Positions 1 to 10,187 of a stretch of DNA of 64,000 bases are shown here, piece by piece. The notes under the pieces were generated by a model, which was not told where the DNA came from, made no database searches, and worked only from the letters and a program-made list of their open reading frames with translations. A program made the position numbers and the translations under genes. Within the stretch, counting starts at the first letter, position 1, and each line of letters opens with the position of its first letter. The stretch comes from Plasmodiophora brassicae (taxonomy: Eukaryota): positions 496,001 through 560,000 of the forward strand of contig CP145423.1 in NCBI GenBank assembly GCA_036867785.1, written 5' to 3'.

Positions 1-268
1 GCCTGAATGGCGCTCAGGAGCTCGTCCCGCAATCAGGATGAACCGGGATAAGCAGGTCTTCCCCATCCCCCGTCCTGTTGCACTTTCGGGTCTCGTTGTC
101 ATCTTCCACTGCCCGCACATGATGCAACGTCGTAGACATGCCTCGTCGGTAATGATTGCAGCTGACCGTCCACGAGTTGCCTTGCTGACCGCGATAGCCC
201 ATAAATAGCATCGCCGGAATTAGGACCCGGCGGCACACAGTGCCCACACAGCAGCTGCAACCGTAATC

Positions 269-679
269 ATGATGCCATCCTGTTGGCACTGGTGTCTCCC
301 ACTGCTGATTGCGGCGCGGTGTGAGACAATGGCATTCGGGCAGAGCACCACGACCTGGCTGGATGACAAGCCCACCGTGCTGTCCGTCATGTGCGTCGCC
401 TTCGTCGTCGGCTGCGCTGCCCTGATCTTCATCGTCACCGCGGTCTACGTCGCGTTCTGTTCGAAACGCTCGACACGAATCCGGAACGCGTCCGGCATGT
501 CCATCGTCGTCGAGCCGGAGTCGACATCATCGACGCCACTACCGACGTCGGCGTCTTTGGTGCGGTCGTCAACCACGAAGAAGAGCCAGGCGGCGCCGGT
601 GGACCCGTCGAGACTGGGGATCACGAAGCAGCCATGCGTTACCGCCGCCGATTTCCCTCCGCTGCCCCCGATGCCGTGA
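269..679 (+). CDS. Small single-pass membrane protein (signal peptide, TM helix, Ser/Thr/Pro-rich tail)
   Basis: 136-aa ORF with a hydrophobic N-terminus and a clear TM segment (VLSVMCVAFVVGCAALIFIVTAVYVAFC) followed by basic residues. No family recognised. Confidence 0.55.
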   Translation: MMPSCWHWCLPLLIAARCETMAFGQSTTTWLDDKPTVLSVMCVAFVVGCAALIFIVTAVYVAFCSKRSTRIRNASGMSIVVEPESTSSTPLPTSASLVRSSTTKKSQAAPVDPSRLGITKQPCVTAADFPPLPPMP

Positions 680-703
680 TGAATGGAACACTGAGAACAT
701 TGT

Positions 704-2236
704 TTATCGCGCGTCGCTGGTGACTTCGTGGAAATCCGGATAGACAATGCGGCTGTTCTCGAAGCCCGCGACGGACGCCTTGTGCTGGTCGAATAGGTGG
801 CGAAGCGCGTCAAAGTACACGCGATGGAGGCGGTCGATCTCGTCGGCCGGCGGGTCATCCATCTGTGTCACCGGAATCGGGTCGCCGACCACAACGGTGA
901 CAGGCGCCGGATTCGGGATCGGCGAGTAGAACCGCCCGTAGGGCATGTGGGGTGCGCCGTACAGCGTCCGCTTCGCGAACCATTCCTGCGTGCTCTTCGC
1001 CCGGAAATTGTCCAGAAGGTGCGACTCGCCGAAACCGAACACGGGCACGAGCGACACTCCATGGATGATCGCTTGGCGAATGAACCCTTTGTGTCGGGTG
1101 ACAAGAACGACTTCATCGCTTTCCGGGCGGTTCTCCCTCATCTCGCGTTCGCCGCCGGGGACCAGCATGACGGATCGACGCTGTTTGAAGGCGCTCGACA
1201 TGGATTCGCGGCTGGCATCGCGGCACCCGCTCCACATGGCGATGTCGCGAATGACAGGGAGATAGAAGATCACGGTGGCCGCTAGGACATCGATCGTGAC
1301 CTTCGGGTAGTGCTGGGCCCAGGCTCGCCCTCGTGTCGCCCAGACGGTCGTGAACGGATAAATGCCCTAGTCCAAGCATAAGCGACGCCGCATACGGAAT
1401 GCAAACGATTCACACACGTGTGGGTGGTATCCGAACATGTAGACCTGGTCCGGGTCCAGTTTGCCCTGCGGGATCAGCCTGAGCGAGAAATAGTGTTCCA
1501 TCAGGCCCCACATCGACTGCTTCTCGCGAACGCGAGTCCAAGAGCGGGTCCCGGTCCGGTGTGGCGACTTGTGGTACGTGAACGAGTACAGGTACGCGAA
1601 CGGGATCATCATGGAGAAGTAGGTGATCCATGGGAGAACGATTGCGGGGACGACGATGGCGATAACGACGAGCAGCGGCATGGAATAGAACGTGGCCGTC
1701 AACATGAACGCGCTAGCATCGTGGTAGATTGCGCGTAAGAAGGGCTCTTTCGCATCACCGTCGTAGTACCTCAAGGAGAGCCATAGGAACAGCTGCGCGA
1801 GGACACCTCCGGTGACAGCGGACGTCACTGACCCAGTCGACAGGTGCATCTTGGATGCGATCGTCCAGAACAGGCTGACGAAGGCAGTGATTGCTAGCGC
1901 GTAGAACGTCCAGCCGATGATCTGGAGGACGATGAACCTGCTGCCGCCGACGAACGGCTGAAACGATCGGTAGCCCTTGGCATGGTGCCGACGATGCCCG
2001 ACGATAACGTGCATGAGCGGGGCGGCCAGAAACACGCCCAGGAACGCGATCACGCAAGCGACAACGATAATCAATGAATGCGTACGCCAGTCCATGATAC
2101 CGAGTCCAATCTCGCGGACGAGCTCGGCGCAGACGGCAGCGATAAACGATGCGCCCAGCAGCGCAGTCGTCAACGCCGTCCACGACCTGGTCACCGCCTC
2201 CGTCCGGGGCGTCACCGCCGACGCCTTGCTCGTCAT
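704..2236 (-). CDS. DGAT2: Diacylglycerol acyltransferase type 2 (DAGAT family) with a multi-TM N-terminal extension; 2 exons
   Basis: The FGYHPH|GIYP motif is split by a GT-AG intron at about 1370-1418. Also LVPGGEREM, RHKGFIRQA, LVPVFGFGE and VVVGDPI. Confidence 0.9.
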
Positions 2237-2510
2237 CCTCACCACTGCCTCACCACCATGAAATGAGACACGCGCCCCACCCGGTGGCCAAGTGAGATTG
2301 CAAACCGGAATCGCGTGTGCCAGTCACAATCCGGTTAAGTCGGCACCGCGCTGTTGTTGTTGGACCGCCAGCTGGCCGCGCCACGCAGTCCGTCGCGGAG
2401 TCCGCAGAAGCGACACGATAAGACTGCCGGCTCTGTAGCATGCGATTTATCAGCGCATGGGAGAATGATAACATACGACTACTATATTAAATAGTAGGGT
2501 TCGCGTTCGG

Positions 2511-3560
2511 TCAGTGGTCGTGATCGTGCGAGTGGAAGTGCGACACGAATCCCATCAGGGCGATTCCTGCGAGGAAGGCGACGTGGGACAGGGTTTTCAT
2601 GCGGCCGGGTTTAACAGAGTGCTCCATGGAAGGCATGAGTTGTCCCAGGGCGATGTACAGGAATTCGCCAGCGACGAACGCGAGGCAGTAGTTCGCAACG
2701 ACGTCAATGACGTGACCGAGCGTGATCCCAATAACGGTACCGATGATGATGGTGAGCGTCGACGCGGCGTTCCGGATGAGGGCCTTGCGCATCGGCCAGC
2801 CGACGTGCAGGAGGATGCAGAGTTCGGCGACTTCACGAGGCAGCTCATGCATGATTATAACAAAAGTCGCCATACACCCACTGGCAAACGACGTCATGAA
2901 CATCGTTCCAACCAGAATGCCGTCAACGATGCTGTGCAGAGCGTCCCCAAAGAGCATGTTCCAGGCCATGGACTGGAGCTTGACGGAATCACAGGGGGTA
3001 GTGCTGCCAGGGACCTCCACGTTCTCTACGCCGACCTTGGCCAGTTCAGCATCGCCAGGTGCCTGCGCCTCGACCTTGCATCCGTCCCCGTGGGCGTGGC
3101 CGTGGTCGTGCTTCGACACGGAATGGATGGCGAACTCCAGGACGATGGCGCAGAGGATACCGGCCAATACGACGTACCCGATCAGGTCGTGTCGAGGGAT
3201 GGAGTGCATGGCTTCAGGGAGGAATCCGAGCAACGACGTCCCGATCATGGTGCCGGCTCCGAAGTTGACAATGACCGGCTGGAACTTTTGGACCGAGCTT
3301 CGCGTGAACTTGATGACCAGCATGCCCAGGAACGATACCAGCGGCACCGTGATGGCTGCAATGATTGCGTACAACTTGAGGAGCGGATCTTGCTGTTTCT
3401 CCGGGACAACGTGGTCGTGTCCGTGGCTGTGATCGTGGCCGCCGTGACCACCGCACCCGTGGCCGTGGTGCCCGTGGCATTGGCTCGCACCGCTGATCTG
3501 GAAGACGACCGCGCAGCCGACGAGCAGGACCACGAGCTGACCGTGGCAACAGGAGCACAT
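2511..3560 (-). CDS. ZIP-family (LIV-1-like) zinc/metal transporter
   Basis: Signal peptide, His-rich N-terminus and loop, GDALHSIVDG and HELPRE motifs, and about 8 TM helices. Confidence 0.9.
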   Translation of the reverse strand: MCSCCHGQLVVLLVGCAVVFQISGASQCHGHHGHGCGGHGGHDHSHGHDHVVPEKQQDPLLKLYAIIAAITVPLVSFLGMLVIKFTRSSVQKFQPVIVNFGAGTMIGTSLLGFLPEAMHSIPRHDLIGYVVLAGILCAIVLEFAIHSVSKHDHGHAHGDGCKVEAQAPGDAELAKVGVENVEVPGSTTPCDSVKLQSMAWNMLFGDALHSIVDGILVGTMFMTSFASGCMATFVIIMHELPREVAELCILLHVGWPMRKALIRNAASTLTIIIGTVIGITLGHVIDVVANYCLAFVAGEFLYIALGQLMPSMEHSVKPGRMKTLSHVAFLAGIALMGFVSHFHSHDHDH

Positions 3561-3779
3561 TATGCTTGATACGGTCGAGCGACGGCCGTTTGCGGAATGC
3601 CAGCGGATTCGCCTCGACGACGCAAGTCATGGCCCGAACAAAAGTGCGTGCGCAGAACGGCGCAGTGAGGGCTACACCCAATGCACCCAGCACCAACCAC
3701 ACCATGGGAGACCCATCGGAGCCGGGAGCCCAAATAAATGGGAGCATCTGCGCAAGACCAGCTGGCGAATTTGGAGGTG

Positions 3780-4910
3780 CCCGCCCACACAGCACGATCC
3801 CCCCACAATGACAGTCGAAGAGCTTACTGATACCGTATTTGGTGTGTGGTATGGAGTTGCAAGGCACCGCTGGCACAGCTAGGACGGGATACCATCCCGC
3901 AAGCGATTTGCAGTATGGCACGACGTACTCTTGCTTCGCACCTTTAATGATGGGAGACGACGGCAAGCTGATGACCATGTGGGACGGAATAGCAGCCGCC
4001 CTCGGTCGCTCTTCCCTACTGAATTGGACGTTCCTTTGTAGACAGAGGATGACGTTGCAAGCGGCGCCGATTTGGGATGTGGTGCGGCAGACCTAGGTCA
4101 TGGTTGCGAATACAGTGTAGTCCCGGGATTTGGACTCAGAGAATAACTATCACCGACACCGACGGGCAACGCCCCGTACCTGATCGAAGTCTTGGGGGAA
4201 TTTTCGCGGCCGTCAGTCTCGACGTCTCCGACGTACAGACACTGATCGATCACGGAGACGAAGCGGCGAACTGGCTTGCTGCCTGGTAAAGGCGTAGCCG
4301 AAACGGTGCAAACAATGCTGGACAGCACTGAAATACTGAATCTGCGTCCGCGTGTATCGCAGCGTATGCATTCCGTGAGATGGCGGGCGAATCCAGCGAT
4401 TGAAACACCCTGATCGACCAGCGACCGCATTTCGTCGAGTTCCGACTTGTTGATCCCGCTGCGATGGATAATGAAGGCAGGAAAAACGGTGCTCACGAAC
4501 GACGGCAGACTGGCCAAGAGCCCTGGGTCATGGCCACTGAACGTGAACGGCGTCAGACCGTGCGCTTGGCAATTGCCGCATCGGTATCGGCGGATGACAA
4601 CGTAGTAGAAGCGATCACGTCCAACAACGCGACGGCCCACGGTCCATCCCTTTCGCACGACATTGGGACGGCCGCGAACCTGCTTGTTGAGGCGTCCATG
4701 TCCTCATCTCGGGCACTGCAGCAGAAGATCGCAGAACATGGTCTCGACGTCCCAAAGAATATGGGAACCAAATAGAACAAACCCAACGAGATGCCATTAT
4801 GGCACTGGCGGCTGCACCCAGCACTGTCCGTGCTTCACACCAGCCAGCAAAGCGCTATCGTCTCGTCGACTCGATATGGTTCCGCATGGCCGAAGATATA
4901 CGTCGTGAAC
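3780..4910 (-). pseudogene. Decayed DUF6729-like (putative DNA-transposon-associated) coding relic
   Basis: 4098-4658 reads RRVVGRDRFYYVVIRRYRCGNC...FSGHDPGLLASLPSFVSTVFPAFIIHRSGI, which resembles the DUF6729 pattern as I recall it. Flanking frames contain stops and frameshifts. Confidence 0.45.
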
Positions 4911-6339
4911 GATTCTGGACCGGGGCGCCTGCATCCCCGTGCCCACTGTCGCGTCGTCTTCAACTATATGCGCATGTGTGTAAGTGAGGGGCGCATGGCA
5001 GCATTTGTCATCGACGATGCGCTCACCTGTAGTACTGCCGCCGCCATCAGAGTCATTGGCGGAGTCAGACGTTCCCAACAGTGCATCTGACGCTTGCAGC
5101 TCGAGCGGCAGCTCATTGGCGTCAGCGCCAGGGTCGGCGGGGCCGTTCCTCTGCGGCCGTCCAAAGCGTCGAAGGAAATGCACAAGTGAATTGCTCGACG
5201 GCGGCGGCGATGCAGGGCTAGACGCCTCAGATGACATAACAGGTGAATCGTGCGTCTGGGCAATCGCTGCAGCAGTACCGGGCAGACACTGCACAACAGC
5301 GCCTTGTCCAGTCGCCACTCCAAGAATGGCAGGCATCGAATCCTCAAGCGCTAGAAAAGGGCGTTGTCGGTGGCCGGCTGGGCCGGTAAGGTCGATGACG
5401 ACATCGGCAGTGAGGCTACACCTGGCCGAGAACTGGCCGATATAGGCGGGTTCACGCCAACATTGTCGTTGGCTCGTGTGACCGGTTACGGCGACGACAG
5501 TGCAGGCAATGCGATAGCTGGGGCATCCTGACCAGGATTGGAAGACACCGCGATCTAGACGCATTAGGCCTCGGCACGCTCCTCAGAAAATGATGTATGG
5601 ACGTTTGCCGGCCGCCAGTAGGCCTTCAGGTAGCCGCCGGTGTGCCAACACTCCACGTGAATCGCAAAGACGGCGCTGCCCAGTTGCTCGCAGATCTTTG
5701 GGTCATCCACCGCGATCACCTCTTCGTCAGTTGCCGTGCTGAGGGTTCGACCCGATGCACTGACCATTGGGGTCCCAGGAACCAGCACCTTGTAGTCCAT
5801 GTAGAGGAGGATGCTCTCGAGCTTCATCGATCGGGCACGCGGCGCCATTGGCGATACGCGTATCGAGGTTCAAAATCGACTCGTAGTCGCCGATCAGGGC
5901 GAAGGACATCGGAAACCTTTCCAATGCTTCTTATACACCCTCATTGTGTTCTCCGCGCCGGTGCCCGTCTACTCGAACAGGTCGACTGGTTCGTCACTAA
6001 GGATGGCCAAGCCATACCGATTCATGGCGACGAAGGTCACCGGCTTTAGCGAGCACGTTGATGGCCTCAACCTGGCATACCGGAAGCTGATGACTCTTCA
6101 TGCGGGGACGGCGCCGATCGCGTTGTCGTGCCGTGGCGGAGACTTGCGAAACACAGGTTGGACGGCCGGCTCGAGCGGAAGGTTGACGGTTCCCGATCGG
6201 CGACGCTCTGCGTGTGATCAGCGCGGTTGACAGCCTGTCTGTCTTGGGGGTTGCTCTGTTTTCAAGCGTTGTCTTCCACAAAACGAGGCTGCTTTATTGA
6301 CGGGACAGAGTGGCGGTCGACATTCTCATTGCTCTGGGA

Positions 6340-7605
6340 CTACCAGTACTGGAGGCCGCCGCTTCCATCATGGTATCCAGTATCATATGCGTGAGAAGAT
6401 GAATCGCCAGCAGTATAGCCGAGAGTTTCGCTGACATGATCCGGGTACGGGAAAATGGAAGTCTGACCCCATGCCATAGGTTCAACTGATCCGCGAGCCG
6501 GCCGGTTGATGGGGTTGCACAACGCAAAATACCTGTCGATGTTCCACAGGGGATCAACTTGGTACGGATCAGGTTCAGGTTGGTAGACGGCTCTGTCACG
6601 CGAGTTGATGTGGTTGTGGCCCTGGTCCCAGTACTGAGTAGCAGGCTGGTAGACCGGTTGGTCAGGTAAGTTGTTGTAGTTGCGGTCCCTGCTACAGAGG
6701 TCGGGCCAGGGCAGCTGGTGGTCCCAGGACTGAGTTGCAGGTTGGTAACCCGGTTGGTCAGGTAGGTTGTTGTAGTTGCGGTCCCTGCTACAGGGGTCGG
6801 ACCAGGACTGGTGGTCCCAGGACTGAGTTGCGGGCTGGTAGACGGCCGGTTGGTCAGGTAAGTTGTTGTAGTTGCGGTCCCTGCTATAGGGGTCGAGCCA
6901 GGACTGGTGTTCCTGGTGGTGACTTGCAGGCGCCCGTGCCGAAACAGAGCTGGGCTCGCGCACATCGGCGGTGCTGACTCGGTTAGGGCGTTGGACCCGT
7001 GCGCCGCGGTCCTCAGACATTTGAGGACCACGATGAAGAGGTTGAGGGACTTCGTCCCACAATGCGTGGCTGTCGGACACGCTCGAGATACTGTCCTCTG
7101 ACGCCAGATCATCTCTGTCCTGGCTTGCCGAAGGAAGTGACGGCCGAACAGGAGCAGGACCGGCCCTACGCGATGCCGGGGTGCGGGTTGACGCTGCCGT
7201 ATAGTGAGGGTTCCGAGCAGGAACGGGATTGGGCATGTCATTGGCAGCACCTGGAACACGACCCGACTTATCCTTCCGTCCCTTGGGCTTAAATGAGGCC
7301 CACATGCGCTTAACGAGCTTTGCTGCAGGTGATGACGTCTTGGACGAGCTCGGCGCGAGTGCTTCGTCTTCCATTCTCGACCAGCTCTGCATTGGGAACC
7401 TCATCGATATCGATCCGGACAAGTCGTCCGCGTGTCGAGAAATGTGATCTTGTCCTGCATTCCACTGGCCGATGCTCTTCGAGCGCCTGTGGCGCGAGTC
7501 CTTGCCAACGCTGCCAGTGCCATGCACAACTGTCGACACCGACAGGCCAATCGCAATAAGGGACACGATCGCGACGTGTGGTTTCAACGGCATGTCTTGA
7601 CGCAC
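6340..7605 (-). CDS. Secreted, intrinsically disordered protein with about 3.5 tandem 31-32-aa repeats (effector candidate)
   Basis: Intronless 421-aa ORF. Signal peptide (VAIVSLIAIGLSVSTVVHG) and the repeat SRDRNYNNLPDQPxxYQPATQxWD. Confidence 0.7.
   Translation of the reverse strand: MRQDMPLKPHVAIVSLIAIGLSVSTVVHGTGSVGKDSRHRRSKSIGQWNAGQDHISRHADDLSGSISMRFPMQSWSRMEDEALAPSSSKTSSPAAKLVKRMWASFKPKGRKDKSGRVPGAANDMPNPVPARNPHYTAASTRTPASRRAGPAPVRPSLPSASQDRDDLASEDSISSVSDSHALWDEVPQPLHRGPQMSEDRGARVQRPNRVSTADVREPSSVSARAPASHHQEHQSWLDPYSRDRNYNNLPDQPAVYQPATQSWDHQSWSDPCSRDRNYNNLPDQPGYQPATQSWDHQLPWPDLCSRDRNYNNLPDQPVYQPATQYWDQGHNHINSRDRAVYQPEPDPYQVDPLWNIDRYFALCNPINRPARGSVEPMAWGQTSIFPYPDHVSETLGYTAGDSSSHAYDTGYHDGSGGLQYW
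6620..6910 (-). repeat. Coding tandem repeat, three units of about 93-96 bp
   Basis: ggttggtcaggtaagttgttgtagttgcggtccctgcta recurs near 6656, 6752 and 6848. Confidence 0.9.
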
Positions 7606-8852
7606 TTGAAGACACTACGAAGCAGCAACCTGATCACTCTCAAGAAACCGGACCGTTTGCGGAATGGCGCGCAATTGCCGTCACGGCCATCCGGAGTCAG
7701 CCCTATGCAGGCCCGCGCACAATGTCAATGCGCCCGCACAAAAATTAGTCCGTGCGGTAAAGTCCGGATGTGCGTACGGAGCGTGCTGTTTCCGCACACG
7801 CGCACTGCGCGGGATGTAGCCAGCTTTGACGGCTGCTGAGAGGCTAGTAACTCAGGCCAGCAAACTGCGGAAGGAGGTGTCTGGCCTGAGGCCGTCACCG
7901 ATCGGCCTGTCCAGATGGGACCTGCGGCAAAAGGTGCTTCCTGGTGATCATTCGCGCGGGGCCGGACTCGGTGGACGAGTCTTGACGGACGTTTGTCAGG
8001 AAAGGACTGCTGACGGGCGACCGGACCGCCCAACTAGGCCACGGGAGCAGCTAGCTGCTCTCGTGGCCTAGTTGGCGGTCCGGTCTACAAAACATCTCAT
8101 CGACGAACTCATTATTGCCAAGGTCGTGGCGATCGACCTGCTGGACGCAGCCGTCGTCGAATGGGCGGACTTCGCCCGCGACTTTCCCTGATCGGCCCCG
8201 TCGGCGGCACGCTGCACGAAGTCGGATGCGCGTACACTATGTCATCATTATGGCCGTTGAGCTCGTCGTGCTGATGTCCACGTCGTCCAGTGATTCGCGT
8301 CGCTCCTTGGTCGGCTGGTGCTACTGTACAATGATGCGATCAGTAGCCACGATGCCGCATCAATCTTGCCGTGGATATGGCATCGCATCCGACGACGGCG
8401 ACGACGATGACAATAACGGTCCCGTACGGCTGACAGAAGAAGCTAACAGGCGCGCTGCAAAACTTCAGAAGCGGGTGGCAATCATGTCCGGCTGGGTGCC
8501 TGGCACTGTATATATCCGAGCGGGTTGTACGCGATCCTCCTGGTCCACTGTCGGCCTGTACAGAGTACGAAGGATTCGGACAACCCGTCGAGCGACGACG
8601 ATGGCAACGAACCGTCTGTGGACACCAGCGACATCTGTGAGCCGTCTTCCAGATCGTCCGAGCACAGGGTTGGTTGTTGTGCAGCATTGCAAGCGGGTTA
8701 TAGACTGACATCGGCATGGCGTTGTAGAGGTCACCGCGGGCTTCGGCGACGATTCGCAACAGGGGTCGTGCTCGCTCCAAGCTGGCGCGCGGAGCCAAAG
8801 GGGAACGCTCTCCACGGCCATCAGCGAGGCCGACCCCGCAGTCTGTGGGACC

Positions 8853-9229
8853 CTTCGCTGCCGGTCAGCAGCACGATGCCGATGTTCTCTTTCTACTAAT
8901 CACGGATCAGATGGACGCTTACGAGGTGCCCGACGCCCGTCTTGCAACGTCCCGTTTGCCATGCTGGGCGGTCGTGGTTTGCTCGTTCGTCAAGGTATTG
9001 CCTAGGGTCGCTCGACCGTGGCAGTCGCCCAGCATGGCAACCGGGACATCGTAGGACGGGCGCCTGGTTGCATGGACGCACGTCGCGCACGTATCGGTGG
9101 CGTGTTCAACGGACCCGACCATCGATCGCAGAATCAGTTGCCCCTTGGCTCCGCGCACCTCGTACGCGTCCAACTGGTGCAGCATCACTTCAAGAAGCCA
9201 CCCGCGTCGTGCTGTTGACCGGCTGCGAA
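8853..9229. repeat. Imperfect inverted repeat (arms of about 80 bp) encoding USP-like QQHDA-box fragments
   Basis: 8853-8932 (+) translates FAAGQQHDADVLFLLITDQMDAYEV. 9152-9229 (-) translates FAAGQQHDAGGFLK*MLHQLDAYEV. Confidence 0.7.
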
Positions 9230-10187
9230 CGTTCTCGAAGCCAGGTCAGCCACGCTGATGGCCGTGATCTGTTGCACAATGTATCCGACGCTGTGCGCAG
9301 ATACAAGCGTGGATCCAGCACCAACCTGTTTGTACAGATTCATCCGGGGCGCGTTCCCGGTGACGCGTTTCCCAGCGCCGGGGCAGTGCACGGACGATCT
9401 GGGTCGGTGCGATGGCGTAGCCGACCGCTCGCCGTTGTAGCCGTGTTACGATCAGAGGTGCTGCTGCGGCTCTCACGAACAGAAGCATCGCAGTGGCAGA
9501 AGGTTCGATCCTAACCGACGCCATCCCGTGCGTCACTGAACGAGGTCTGCACTGCTGCGATCCAGGAACCAAGACTGTCGTGAGTTGCAACTGCGGCCGT
9601 ACTGTTCTCGCGACGTGTGCGCATTATCCACTGTACGACCGCGTTCGACGTTGCTAGGTGATGTGGATGCGTAGGCAACCTGTGGATGACGCCTTCAGGC
9701 AGCCGTCGCGCGCGCCAGCAACTCGCACAAAGGATAATCGAGGCGCCGATGCCTGTGCGGACCCAGGAACTGATCCGGAATAGCTGGAGAAGCAGGGACT
9801 ATCCCCACTTTCGACTACCTCAAAGCATCTTTGTCGAGTACAGGTGCAGCTGACTGATTGCCAGAGCGTTGCCCTGCAGCGCACCGGTCGTACAGCGCAC
9901 GCATTGCTGTGGCCGCAAGCAACCACACTAAACCACCGTCGTCAACTGCACAAACCAGTCAGCTGGTTCACGCCAGGCCTGTTGCACTAGGTACTGTACA
10001 GTGATGGAGGTCGCACGACACAGCGGAACTGCCCACTCTGCCCGTCGCCCATTATTGTATTATCCACTGCAAAAGGTTGCTGTCGTCTTTTTGGCACGGA
10101 TTGGCGCCTCCGGTGTCGTCGTCTCTGGTACTGACTGGCTGCGGCTGGTGGCAGTTCCCAGTTGGGGGTCCGTCGTCAAACCACAAA

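Noticed and set aside
4900-6280. Several short ORFs on both strands
   Set aside because: No recognisable motifs or consistent splice model. Probably relic DNA.
6620-6910. Possible CRISPR-like repeat-spacer pattern
   Set aside because: The sequences between conserved blocks are themselves homologous and in frame, so it is a coding repeat.
6294-7259. 321-aa Thr-rich overlapping ORF
   Set aside because: Alternative frame of the repeat gene with a non-ATG start and no signal peptide.
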